DNA of 63,815 nucleotides from a virus (Duplodnaviria; Caudoviricetes): IMG/VR virus record IMGVR_UViG_3300009091_001004, positions 1 to 63,815 of that record; one strand, 5' to 3'. Shown piece by piece: positions 38,701 to 46,887 of this stretch (position 1 is its first letter; each line of letters starts with the position of its first letter). The notes under the pieces were generated by a model. It saw only the letters and a program-made list of their open reading frames with translations, ran no database searches and was not told where the DNA came from. The position numbers and the translations under genes were made by a program.

Positions 38701-40680
38701 AACTCCGGGACTAATGAGCAGGACTTTGTCTCTGCAGGGCTGACTAACTACTACAACATTACAGTTACGGGCATAGGGAACTACAGAATGGACTTTGATT
38801 CTCTTACCTGTAATATGTTGCTTATTGACCGGAGTTCGGCAAGTAAGACTATAGGAGGCAACGGGGGAGACGATACTATAACGGCCAATGCGTTCTCTAT
38901 ACCTCTCGCAGGAACCACTACTGTTCAAATAGGAAACACCGGTGCCGCAGAAATGGACTGCGTCCTATCCGGAGCAGGGAAGGTAGTTACCGATTACCTT
39001 GTTGTGAACGGGTCTGATGCTACACCCAATACTCTTACTTTTTACGCAGGATCTCATTCTACTGATACTCTTAGCACCGGATGGATATTCGAAGACTATA
39101 CTCTTCCTCTGGTGTCTACCTTACCCGTTACAGATCTAAATAAGCGTTCTGTTACTCTTAACGGCAGTGTTGACTGGGTAGGTTCAGAGGCTACAGTATA
39201 TTGTTACTTCGAATATGGGTATGACACAGGCTACGGGACAGAGACTGCCGTCCAGTCTTTTAATGCGGAGGACACTTTCTCCCAGTTCGTATCTAATATG
39301 ACCACAGGAGAGACCTACCATTACCGCGCTGTTCTTTATTACGGAGCAGCACCATATACTTATCTCGAAGGAGATGATATAGCCTTTACTATGCACGCTG
39401 AGCCTGTGGGAGTGCCCACTGTTCTCACCGTAGGGTCATCCAGTGTAAGCGGTGTCTCTGCTGATCTTCTGGGGAACCTGACCAGCCTGGGATACTACTC
39501 TACTGTGTACTTATCATTTGAATACGGTACCGACACCAACTACGGGTCTCAGACGACCGAAATACTCACCTCCGCCACTGGAGCCTATGTGACGAACATT
39601 GCGGGGCTAACTCCAGGGTATACTTATCACTTCAGGGCCCTGGTGCGTTACGCTGGTGTGCTATATAACGAGGGCTCGGATAAAGAATTTCTGTCTGAGT
39701 TGTCGGTGCTCCCCATAGTAGTCACCCTTCCGGCGACAGATATTACAGAGGCGACTGCTTCCCTGGCGGGATCGGTGAACACTATGGGTAATGCCATAGT
39801 TCTATTCGTCAGCTTCGAGTATGATATCGATTCGGGTGCACCCTATGGGAGCTCAACTCCGGAGGTGACTGTGAATAATCCCGCAGCGCTCTCACAACCG
39901 CTGGTGGGACTGGGAACGGGAACGACCTATTACTACCGTATCCGGGCACGGTACACTGCCTCCGATTATGTCTATGGGAGTGAGATAAACTTTACGACTT
40001 CTCCTGTCGCTGTTCCAGTAGTAACTACCATGGCAGCTACAGGGATCACGGCTACGTCTGCTGTGCTGCAGGGTGCTCTCGATATCGGAGTGTACACTAC
40101 CGCATACGTGCGCTTTGATTACGGAGTGAATACATCGTATGGTTATACTACGGCCTGGCAGACATTCTCTTCCAATGCTTTCTTTACTGCAGGTACAGGT
40201 ACTCTGGTACCGGGCACAGCGTACCATTTCCGGGCGGAGTGCATGTATGGAGCAGCAGTTTACACGGTCGGATCAGACCTCTCCTTTACCGCAAGCTCTG
40301 TCTCCGGGAGTGATATCGACCAGAGCCAGGACCGGGACCGGGACGTTCTCGATGATGTGGAAACCAGTGACTGGTTCAAAGATCCTGCTATAAGTGGAGC
40401 TCTCAGTACGAATCCTCTCCGTCCCCTGGTGACCATGGTATCGGACAGCACAACACTGAACGAGATACAGGTCTGGCGGCTTTACGCCCTGGCCTTGATA
40501 CTGTTTCTCACCGTACTGTGCGCCGTGAGAATCCCTAATCACCTGCTCCTCGCCGGGGTAGCTGCTGCTGGATCAATCGGACTAGCAGTATACTGGACCA
40601 TCTTCCCGATGTGGGCCCTGGTGTTCGTTCTCGGGGCGATACTTGGCGGGATCGTAGCAGAAAGGACAGGACAACTATGA
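35725..40680 (+). CDS. Large membrane-anchored adhesin/receptor-binding protein
   Basis: Signal peptide; three modules starting YW..G.W.....WS/WY with FDANS/FDAYS; four Fn3-like repeats (L.G...FEYG..YG..T...YH.R); C-terminal TM bundle. Confidence 0.75.
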   Translation: MKIFRAIWSIKILRVVLSVIFSLILAAGILTTFPEPGPAYADAVDLYWIGGTGNWSDTGNWSTSSGGGGGHAVPTLTNNVFFDANSVTEVGQTITLNSASMSCANMDMSALGAWGVTFADSVATNILYVYGSFTGPSNAITQNFDGDIYLKSTAVGKTVTWGTFDPGQDVYFDGVGGEWTLADAMVLDGSGCDVHLVNGTLDTADQTVTIPDDFSIEGAGTKVLSLGASVVDCQTFAITATVVDLTLNGETSHINITDGCFANDSAIPVTIYDLHFPSPTSTTVGLYATTGSTTTHAHDVTADDTTGANYDLRLDGLHCNDLSIGYSSTRRDFSVILYDNVEVDGTFTVAGYSDHIRCMVESSTAAARTITAAIVSSTYTDYYYITGAGAGSWDLSGGDAIDFRGNTGITFHTGDVDEYYWYQDSGNWTTSWQWSNTTGGHDNAGCMRLPEPTTDDNVHFDANSFSSAGEIVTVTEDDNVYCNDMDWTGATNSPRFQMSGMDAGTGVHAYGDVTYIQTMTSYGAAVSFVGTGTQLFTPNNVYSPNRSQIYIDGAVGVTWMSDMDSALAGGDAWYITHLSGDLNTNGYNLVMHWPNQDGLCDFTSSGALSRTITLGDSNIEAYSWVVSGSNVTLDAGISTITLDGPVDDFAGLGLTYYNVVFTAGANGITGANTFEDLTIVGAGTYTAYCDFAADQTVNDDLTITGSSQIYKLLVCSTATDTPRTLTCNGTLAVQDANFMDITGAGSCGWNIVSSRVGNVEGSNSEIIFPSPKAYYWYADSGSWSDSSKWYTESQGGGTSGVIPLFQDVAIFDAYSFSMPTRVITIDQTRIGNLRALEAVNSPTWTENETYDYLIIYGDINLPPDGGTWDVLVTQFQGRDGTNLDTGNDIDHDGVDFTGSVFVDTRAASLTLQSNLTVSGYIHLQGGLLDFYNHNVTASRFDSQSVTTYTRSLNLGSGSFTLNSTVIGTSEDKWTVSATNFTLLANTSTIVLTNSGTNEQDFVSAGLTNYYNITVTGIGNYRMDFDSLTCNMLLIDRSSASKTIGGNGGDDTITANAFSIPLAGTTTVQIGNTGAAEMDCVLSGAGKVVTDYLVVNGSDATPNTLTFYAGSHSTDTLSTGWIFEDYTLPLVSTLPVTDLNKRSVTLNGSVDWVGSEATVYCYFEYGYDTGYGTETAVQSFNAEDTFSQFVSNMTTGETYHYRAVLYYGAAPYTYLEGDDIAFTMHAEPVGVPTVLTVGSSSVSGVSADLLGNLTSLGYYSTVYLSFEYGTDTNYGSQTTEILTSATGAYVTNIAGLTPGYTYHFRALVRYAGVLYNEGSDKEFLSELSVLPIVVTLPATDITEATASLAGSVNTMGNAIVLFVSFEYDIDSGAPYGSSTPEVTVNNPAALSQPLVGLGTGTTYYYRIRARYTASDYVYGSEINFTTSPVAVPVVTTMAATGITATSAVLQGALDIGVYTTAYVRFDYGVNTSYGYTTAWQTFSSNAFFTAGTGTLVPGTAYHFRAECMYGAAVYTVGSDLSFTASSVSGSDIDQSQDRDRDVLDDVETSDWFKDPAISGALSTNPLRPLVTMVSDSTTLNEIQVWRLYALALILFLTVLCAVRIPNHLLLAGVAAAGSIGLAVYWTIFPMWALVFVLGAILGGIVAERTGQL

Positions 40681-41942
40681 AAAAACTACGCTTCTTGCGT
40701 ATTACTGCAGCAATAAGTCTTATTATGGTTCTGCTGGTCGTAATCCATCCTCTCCCGGCATACGCTATCGCTAACCCGGACAGTGCAACCACTATTGGAA
40801 CCGTAGAACTGTATGAAGACCTGCTGGAGACCGGAGATCTTGGTGTACTCTTCGACTTCGAGACTTTCTATGCGACACTGCCCACAGAGACAGTAACCGA
40901 GGCATATGTTGCTGCCTTTAATGACACTGACGGGGTAACCCATCTTAAGACCACAGTACCCTATACTCTGCTGAATAAGGGTTATGGTGTAGGGATGGCC
41001 TGGCTCTATTTCAGTGCTGCCGAAGTTACTGCTGGTAGTATTGACGTCGCGGATATTGCTCTTTACCGGGTAGAAGTGTACGGTAATGCGGCCCTGGGAT
41101 GGATTCCCGGGCCAGCTCCCAGCACAGTAGATACGATCGATACCTGGAACACTACGGGGGACTCCCATGTGCTTCTTTCTGTTGACGTAATGACGTATGC
41201 AGATACTCTGGAAGCGGAATGGGAGCTGCATATGGTTAAGGAAACCCCGATAGGAGACAGGCTTACCACGTACGGGGAAACGTATTTCGAGAATGTTATG
41301 AGCGGTGCACGAACTCTGGCTACTGCTGCTTTTTACACGGATGAGTCCGGACCGATACAGGAAGATGAAATAGACAAGGAAATGAGTTTCGGGGCCACTA
41401 TGACAGATGGCACCGGGACCTGTACTGGCTCCCCGATCACTCTCACTTCGGGAGCAAACACGGTAACCGTGACCGTGGCCGGGACGTTCTTGATCGAGCT
41501 CGATTACGGCACTGTGGGAACAGCAGCAAGCGGCACAGGAACCGTGAATGGATCCCCGGTAACTTTACGGGAGGGAGTGAACACAATCACGGTACCGGGA
41601 GGCGGAACAGGAGATATTACGGTTACGGTCCAGCTGCAGAATACGCAGACCAGGATAACGGATACAGTTACCGGGACCGGATTTGACCTGACGGCTCTAG
41701 CTACTCTGTTCGGTATGTCCCGTCTCGCTTTCTCCGGATTCGTCTGGTTGCTGATCTCCATTATAATCTGTGCTGCCAGCTACGACCGGGCGGGAGGAAA
41801 GACCACACTCCTGGTTTTCGATATCTGCATCATTGGGGGAACACTGCTGGGGATGGTCCCGATGCTGGCAGCAGTATTGTTATTTATCGGGTTCGGATTC
41901 TTCTCCGCATATGTGTTCTTCTTTAGAGGTGCGAATGCGTAG
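40677..41942 (+). CDS. Membrane-anchored surface protein
   Basis: Start moved to 40677 (ATGA overlap); signal peptide ending PAYA, GT-rich beta repeats, C-terminal TMs. Confidence 0.7.
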   Translation: MKKLRFLRITAAISLIMVLLVVIHPLPAYAIANPDSATTIGTVELYEDLLETGDLGVLFDFETFYATLPTETVTEAYVAAFNDTDGVTHLKTTVPYTLLNKGYGVGMAWLYFSAAEVTAGSIDVADIALYRVEVYGNAALGWIPGPAPSTVDTIDTWNTTGDSHVLLSVDVMTYADTLEAEWELHMVKETPIGDRLTTYGETYFENVMSGARTLATAAFYTDESGPIQEDEIDKEMSFGATMTDGTGTCTGSPITLTSGANTVTVTVAGTFLIELDYGTVGTAASGTGTVNGSPVTLREGVNTITVPGGGTGDITVTVQLQNTQTRITDTVTGTGFDLTALATLFGMSRLAFSGFVWLLISIIICAASYDRAGGKTTLLVFDICIIGGTLLGMVPMLAAVLLFIGFGFFSAYVFFFRGANA

Positions 41943-41956
41943 AAAGGTCAGGTTGT

Positions 41957-42508
41957 ATGGGTAAACTGTTTATGTTCATTGCCACCTGCTGGGTGATCGT
42001 AGGACTTGCCGGAGGGGTCGTTGAAGGGAATATCTCCTATGCGACAACAGTGCTTACGGAGAATATTGACAAGGACGATACCTCGCTTCCTGTACGCAGC
42101 ACCAATGGGTTTGCTGAAGACGGTATCGTTGTTATCGGAACAGAGCGTATTGCTTACTCGGATACCAGTGCCACGTCTTTTGACGGATCTATCACGCAAC
42201 CCATGGTCCGCGGCGCACAGAATACCACTGCCCAGGCTCATCTGACGGGAGACCGGGTACGGACTCTGGAATCCGGTATGATGAACCAATCAGCGCAGTA
42301 CAATATCACGGTAATACAGGATACTTCAGGCCCCCAGGCTTTTGTTACTATCCCTCTTGCCGGGCTCCGTCTTATCGGAAGCTACCTTAAGCCGCCCATG
42401 CAGTTCCTGGGGACAGACCTGCAGATACTGGTTTACTTCTGGTGGGCCTTGCTTGCAGGAACAGTTATCGCCATCGGTCTTTATCTTGCTGGGTCCCGGA
42501 GAATATAA
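41957..42508 (+). CDS. Membrane protein with beta-rich insert
   Basis: N- and C-terminal TMs; L.V.ST.GF...G...IG.E.I.Y...RG...T.A.AH..G..V motif seen in phage structural proteins. Confidence 0.65.
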   Translation: MGKLFMFIATCWVIVGLAGGVVEGNISYATTVLTENIDKDDTSLPVRSTNGFAEDGIVVIGTERIAYSDTSATSFDGSITQPMVRGAQNTTAQAHLTGDRVRTLESGMMNQSAQYNITVIQDTSGPQAFVTIPLAGLRLIGSYLKPPMQFLGTDLQILVYFWWALLAGTVIAIGLYLAGSRRI

Positions 42509-42555
42509 CCGTGAGTTACAGATTATAAAAGCGAAGCGAAAGGGGAGGTGCCACA

Positions 42556-42891
42556 TTGAGCATACTCAGAGAATTCTCCAGGAGAGTTAAAAAGTACCAC
42601 GCAGAATCCAATAAGCGAGCTAAAAGGAGGCTTGCTCGAGCTCGGACGCAGAGTGCCCGCGAGAGAGAACAGTCCCAGATAGAGAAAAATAGGCTGGCTG
42701 ACAGGATAGCTATCGCGGAAGCCAGGACAGCATTAGCTAAAGCGGAGTCAGCACGAAAGAGAGCTGAGCTGGAGGTAAAATCAATAGGCAGAGGAACAGG
42801 AACCAATCTATTTAGCAGCCTGAGTGACCTGTTCACCCCTTCTGCTCCGAAGAGAAGAGTACATCGTAGTAAAAAGCGGATAGCAGCTTAG
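42556..42891 (+). CDS. Basic coiled-coil protein
   Basis: TTG start after GGAGGTG; R/K-rich; basic tail. Confidence 0.6.
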   Translation: MSILREFSRRVKKYHAESNKRAKRRLARARTQSAREREQSQIEKNRLADRIAIAEARTALAKAESARKRAELEVKSIGRGTGTNLFSSLSDLFTPSAPKRRVHRSKKRIAA

Positions 42892-42995
42892 TACTAAGTA
42901 GTACGGTAGTTTCTCGGTAAGTGAAATGAATACCTACTATTGTACATACATAGACATACTATACGGAGTATATGGGGAGATGCGTAGGTAGACCC

Positions 42996-43024
42996 TTGAC
43001 ACATTAGTACGTATGTGCTATATT
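42996..43024 (+). promoter_or_regulatory. Sigma70-type promoter for the capsid-like gene
   Basis: TTGACA-17-TATATT with TG extension. Confidence 0.8.
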
Positions 43025-43069
43025 CGGAAACAAGAGGGCTGTCTGCCCCATAAAGGTAGGTGAGTGCAG

Positions 43070-43555
43070 ATGTCAGTAAGAGGATTAGTAACCGTCGTAA
43101 TCGGCGTCAACTAGGCGCTCTCACTGAGCAATCGGTGAGGACACTTCCTTCAAACTCGGGGAAGACTAAATTCTCTAACTGAATAGAGTAAGTATGCCAA
43201 ACAGAGGCGACATAAGAAAAGCCCAAGACATCGGGTTCTCCGGTAGAGCAGAGAATACTTTATTGATGTCACAGTTAGGGAACACTGTTAATCCCGAACC
43301 AAGCAGAGGAGACAGCTCCTCAGGCGTGTGTAGAGACTTGACGGAGGACACCCCTAGTGGGTGAAGGGAAAGTCCATGCTTATAGGAAACTATAAGAATA
43401 ACAGAGTTGCATTCGTGGTTATCGATAGCCTCATAACTAACATTATCACAGGCACTGATACCGGTAGCGTGATTCTCCAGAACCTGTTACGCGTTATCGT
43501 AGCAGCAGCCATCCTGATCGGTGTTGTTATGAGCATCGGCCGGAAGGGAGCCTAG
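43070..43555 (+). CDS. Spliced 62-aa two-helix hydrophobic protein, putative major capsid/coat protein; exons 43070-43107 and 43405-43555
   Basis: Spliced product MSVRGLVTVVIGVVAFVVIDSLITNIITGTDTGSVILQNLLRVIVAAAILIGVVMSIGRKGA; own promoter, AGGTGA RBS, terminator. The unspliced frame stops two codons into the intron. Confidence 0.8.
43108..43404 (+). ncRNA. Group I self-splicing intron, 297 nt, ORF-less
   Basis: 5' exon ends in U paired to G43115 in P1; P10 CAACU/AGUUG; P2 with GCAA loop; P3 UCCUUC/GGAGGA; P aaactcggggaa, Q aatcccgaaccaagc, R tgtagagacttgacg, S aagggaaagtcca; P8 caccc/gggtg; P9 cttatag-GAAA-ctataag; terminal G. Confidence 0.92.
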
Positions 43556-43639
43556 TATCGAGACTTCCTTTTTTCTATCAAAAAATAAGATACACACGAA
43601 TTGACTAAAAAGGGCACTATAGCTGATATGGTGCCCTTT
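43542..43639 (+). terminator. Terminator-like hairpins after the capsid-like gene
   Basis: ggaag/cttcc followed by T6; second stem aaagggcactat/atggtgcccttt. Confidence 0.55.
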
Positions 43640-43703
43640 GCCCTTATAATACGGAGTGCCGCATTACAGATCTACAGGGTAAAGGAATACAGGAGGGGTA
43701 CAT

Positions 43704-43805
43704 TTGAACGCTACTAACTTCTTCTCTGCCCAGAACATAGTAATCGTTATACTGGTTGTGATTGCATATTTTGCTATTACTGTTCTCAGTAAAAAACGCA
43801 GATAG
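43704..43805 (+). CDS. 33-aa single-TM protein (not in ORF track), minor-coat-like
   Basis: AGGAGG RBS, TTG start; MNATNFFSAQNIVIVILVVIAYFAITVLSKKRR. Confidence 0.6.
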   Translation: MNATNFFSAQNIVIVILVVIAYFAITVLSKKRR

Positions 43806-43823
43806 GGGGAGGGTATACTCATT

Positions 43824-44105
43824 ATGTCCAGAGAGGAATATTACTGGTTAACCGCTAAGGACGAGGAAACAGGGAAATCATATCTTATTGCTGGTGGAGT
43901 GAACGAAGAGGAAGCACGTCAGAAGGGCCTGGAGATGCTCTCGGGGCTTGATTTCCGGATACGCAAACTCCCGACCAGGAACCTGCAACGCGCCTCCAGC
44001 CTCTTAAAAGGAAACCGGCTGGAGAAGACACACTCACTGCACAAGGCAGCAGAAAGGCTCGGGCATGAGCGCTCTGTCCGGAGAAGACAACACGCTGTAC
44101 GGTAG
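43824..44105 (+). CDS. Basic hypothetical protein
   Basis: GGGAGG RBS. Confidence 0.6.
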   Translation: MSREEYYWLTAKDEETGKSYLIAGGVNEEEARQKGLEMLSGLDFRIRKLPTRNLQRASSLLKGNRLEKTHSLHKAAERLGHERSVRRRQHAVR

Positions 44106-44155
44106 CCTGACGGCAATTGTAGCCTGTTTGTATGTTAAATCGAAAGGAGCAAGGG

Positions 44156-44953
44156 ATGACCGGAACGGAGATTCAGGCAAACTACTTCCAACCATTTCAT
44201 TATGTCCTTTACTTATCGCTAATATTTGCCCTGATGGTGGCATACTACCAGTGGACCTGGACCAAGAAATGCCGTAATTTTGTTAAGGTGCTTGTAGTCA
44301 AACACGACGGAGGAACTACTACCGAGTATGCTCCGAAGACCGGAGGATCTGTTGCTCTGAAAAGCCCGGACAGCAACACGACCCGGATGTGGCCGATAAA
44401 CAAGCTGTCTGCTATTGAGATGGACTACCCGGGAGACGGATTCATTCCCATGTTCCTCCAGAAGAAGATAAAGACTGTTGTTGTAGACGAGGAGGACTGG
44501 GAGCCCCTGCTCAACCGTGGATCGTACACAGAAAGGGTTGCCAGCCCTGATGTCGTTATGCTGCTCCGTGAGATCTCAGAGCATTCGGACGAACAGACTG
44601 CGGCGGAGCTAACTGAACTGGCGGACAGCCTTTCTACTGCCCCGACGAGAGATATGGTTGCCTCCCCGGCAGTACTGGGCAACGTGATGAAAGAAAAGGT
44701 GTCCGAGATGGCAGTAACCATCAGCAAGGACACGTTCGATAAACTGCAGGGTATTCTTAACCGCCTGGATAAATTACCCAACGCACTGATCATCTATGCT
44801 GGACTCGGGATCAATATTATACTCATGGGAGTCCTGCTCTTTCGCTTCCTTCCCGTGTTATCGGGACTGGGCGCGGTAGCCGATCTGTCCACTACCCTTA
44901 CCGATCTTACAACAAAGGTGGGAGCAATCATGAAATCACTGGGTGTATCGTAG
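44156..44953 (+). CDS. Two-TM membrane protein (morphogenesis candidate)
   Basis: Start moved to 44156 after AAGGAG; TM near each end with a soluble central domain. Confidence 0.65.
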   Translation: MTGTEIQANYFQPFHYVLYLSLIFALMVAYYQWTWTKKCRNFVKVLVVKHDGGTTTEYAPKTGGSVALKSPDSNTTRMWPINKLSAIEMDYPGDGFIPMFLQKKIKTVVVDEEDWEPLLNRGSYTERVASPDVVMLLREISEHSDEQTAAELTELADSLSTAPTRDMVASPAVLGNVMKEKVSEMAVTISKDTFDKLQGILNRLDKLPNALIIYAGLGINIILMGVLLFRFLPVLSGLGAVADLSTTLTDLTTKVGAIMKSLGVS

Positions 44954-44971
44954 ATAGGAAGTGTTACTAAG

Positions 44972-45556
44972 ATGGCGAAACCGAATGGGAAACAGGAAGC
45001 AGGTACAACAGGTGCAGCTGCCACAGCTGCCGGAGCGGGCGTGGGAGGAAACGGGGGGAGTGGGAGAAAAATGCTTCCGCCAAGGTCCCCTGCGAGAAGA
45101 GTTGACCCTTCTACTCTGAACCTGCGCCGGTCACGTCCGGACCGGGAAGACGAGATTCCTCCTCCGGAGATTCCCTCCGTATCTGCCGGCCCGATAGACA
45201 AGGTTATTGAGCTCGCTTTTAACCCGTCCCGGGAGAAGATCCGTGAAGTCACAATTATTGACCGGATGCAGGGACGTCTATTCCCCATCATGGATACTAT
45301 GAATACTCTCTATCGCGACTGTATTAAAGTAGCATCATACCGGCAATCCCGACGCGAGTATGCAGCACACTACCACGAGGAAAGACCTGGCCAGATAGAC
45401 ATTATGGACGAGCTGATGTTCCGGACGGCCCAGTGGCAGAAGTCCGTTGCAGGAAGGAACCTGGATAAAGCGACCGATATCGCGTTAGCGGAGACCGAGA
45501 CCAGGAGCGAGGAACCAGATGACACAAGCGGCGCTGGACGCGGCTACGAAGAGTAA
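44972..45556 (+). CDS. Hypothetical protein upstream of the ATPase
   Basis: Gly/Ala-rich N-terminus; overlaps the ATPase gene. Confidence 0.6.
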   Translation: MAKPNGKQEAGTTGAAATAAGAGVGGNGGSGRKMLPPRSPARRVDPSTLNLRRSRPDREDEIPPPEIPSVSAGPIDKVIELAFNPSREKIREVTIIDRMQGRLFPIMDTMNTLYRDCIKVASYRQSRREYAAHYHEERPGQIDIMDELMFRTAQWQKSVAGRNLDKATDIALAETETRSEEPDDTSGAGRGYEE

Positions 45557-46682
45557 CCCAGACCAGGAAACACTGCAAGACGATCTATACGATACTAACG
45601 TCGGGTATGACGAGGAAGTCGGTGTTCGTCTTGCGGCTAACCTTTCTCCTGACGATACGCGAAGAGCTACTATCCTCTACAACCTTTTCAACGGACTGTG
45701 GGGACTCTGTATCGTGGTCGGCGACCCCGGTACCGGCAAGGACATGTTTGGCAACTACCTCTGCTTCCGTATAAAACGCTACTTCCCCTGGAAGAGGATC
45801 GTGCGCGACGAACGGCCTCGGATATTGTTTGGTCCTTATGCCGGACTGTTCAATGAAGAGGTTCTCCAGGAAGAGCTGGCGAAGATGAGAGAGATCTCCA
45901 GAGGAGTGAAAGCTCCCCAGATCAGCAGAGTACTGGATAAGGCAGCCGATGACTGGATCTCCAGTAAAGGCGAAGTGCTGCTCAAAAACTCTGTCCTCTA
46001 CCTCACCGAGTTCTGGAAGTACTGCAGTCGCCGGGAGCCGAATGCCCCGATGAACAAAACCATGGGCGGTATCCACAAACAGAAACGACATATTGATTCC
46101 CTGATACTGGGAACAACGCAGATGGTCTCAGACCTGGACCGTAAGACCTGCCTGCCCTGGGTGGACTGGAGAGTAACCTGTACACGGTCCAGTATCAATA
46201 AGACGAAGTTTACGTATTTCATTGAGAAAGTTAAATACGACAAGAGGCTGGATATCCTTGTCGCCACCAGCCGACCCTTCAGTATTTCCGTAGATGCTGG
46301 GAAACCGCGGAGTTACATCGGAGATGGCAAGATAACACTGTCCTGTTCCCCCAGGTGCGCTAACTGGAGAGCCTGCAATATGAAGATATACCCTCCGGAG
46401 GGAGGAAACATACGCTGCGGCCTGCAATATGACTGGTACTACCCGGAAACCGAAGAGGAGCGGATCGTGCTGGATCTCCTGAGAGCCGGGGTCGATACCT
46501 ACGAGGAGCTGGTCGACATACTGGAGACCCAGGGGGATATGTCCGAGTGGGAGATACTGGAAACGATCAAGGTACTTAAATTCCGGAAGACGAAACGGGT
46601 GATTGATTACCCATGCGACTTCAGTATTTACAACTCAAAGAGCTCCCCCAATATGCAGAGCTCAGTGAGAATCAACGAGTAG
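45519..46682 (+). CDS. Zot/pI-like (FtsK-HerA superfamily) morphogenesis ATPase
   Basis: Walker A GDPGTGKD; degenerate Walker B VLYLTE; QKRH...ILGTTQ....LD as in Zot-like ATPases; Cys-rich insert and possible wHTH near the C-terminus. Confidence 0.7.
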   Translation: MTQAALDAATKSNPDQETLQDDLYDTNVGYDEEVGVRLAANLSPDDTRRATILYNLFNGLWGLCIVVGDPGTGKDMFGNYLCFRIKRYFPWKRIVRDERPRILFGPYAGLFNEEVLQEELAKMREISRGVKAPQISRVLDKAADDWISSKGEVLLKNSVLYLTEFWKYCSRREPNAPMNKTMGGIHKQKRHIDSLILGTTQMVSDLDRKTCLPWVDWRVTCTRSSINKTKFTYFIEKVKYDKRLDILVATSRPFSISVDAGKPRSYIGDGKITLSCSPRCANWRACNMKIYPPEGGNIRCGLQYDWYYPETEEERIVLDLLRAGVDTYEELVDILETQGDMSEWEILETIKVLKFRKTKRVIDYPCDFSIYNSKSSPNMQSSVRINE

Positions 46683-46710
46683 AAGTTAGCACACAGAGAG
46701 GCAGCAGACC

Positions 46711-46887
46711 ATGAAAATACCCAGGGAGTGTCACCACAGGATTAGAGTATATACCTCGGGAAAGAGAGTGAGACAGGTAGTTACTCCCGGGGGAAGAATA
46801 ATTGAATCGAAAACGATGATAAGCCGGGCAAAGAATACCCGGACAGGACGAAAGCTTGCCCGGAGACGAAGGAGAATAAGAATATGA
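46711..46887 (+). CDS. 58-aa Arg-rich protein (not in ORF track), nucleoprotein candidate
   Basis: MKIPRECHHRIRVYTSGKRVRQVVTPGGRIIESKTMISRAKNTRTGRKLARRRRRIRI; GAGG RBS, ATGA overlap with next gene. Confidence 0.6.
   Translation: MKIPRECHHRIRVYTSGKRVRQVVTPGGRIIESKTMISRAKNTRTGRKLARRRRRIRI

Noticed and set aside
43180-43272. Homing endonuclease inside the intron
   Set aside because: The P5 extension is under 100 nt and has no ORF; at most a scar of a lost gene.
43361-43404. N-terminus MKGKSMLIGNYKNNR of the ORF-track call 43361..43555
   Set aside because: It lies within P8/S/P9 of the group I intron; the real 5' exon is at 43070-43107.
43070-46682. Conjugative T4SS (VirB2 pilin plus VirB4/VirD4)
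   Set aside because: The ATPase is far shorter than VirB4/VirD4 and has Zot-like motifs; no relaxase or other Vir components recognised. Not fully excluded without searches.
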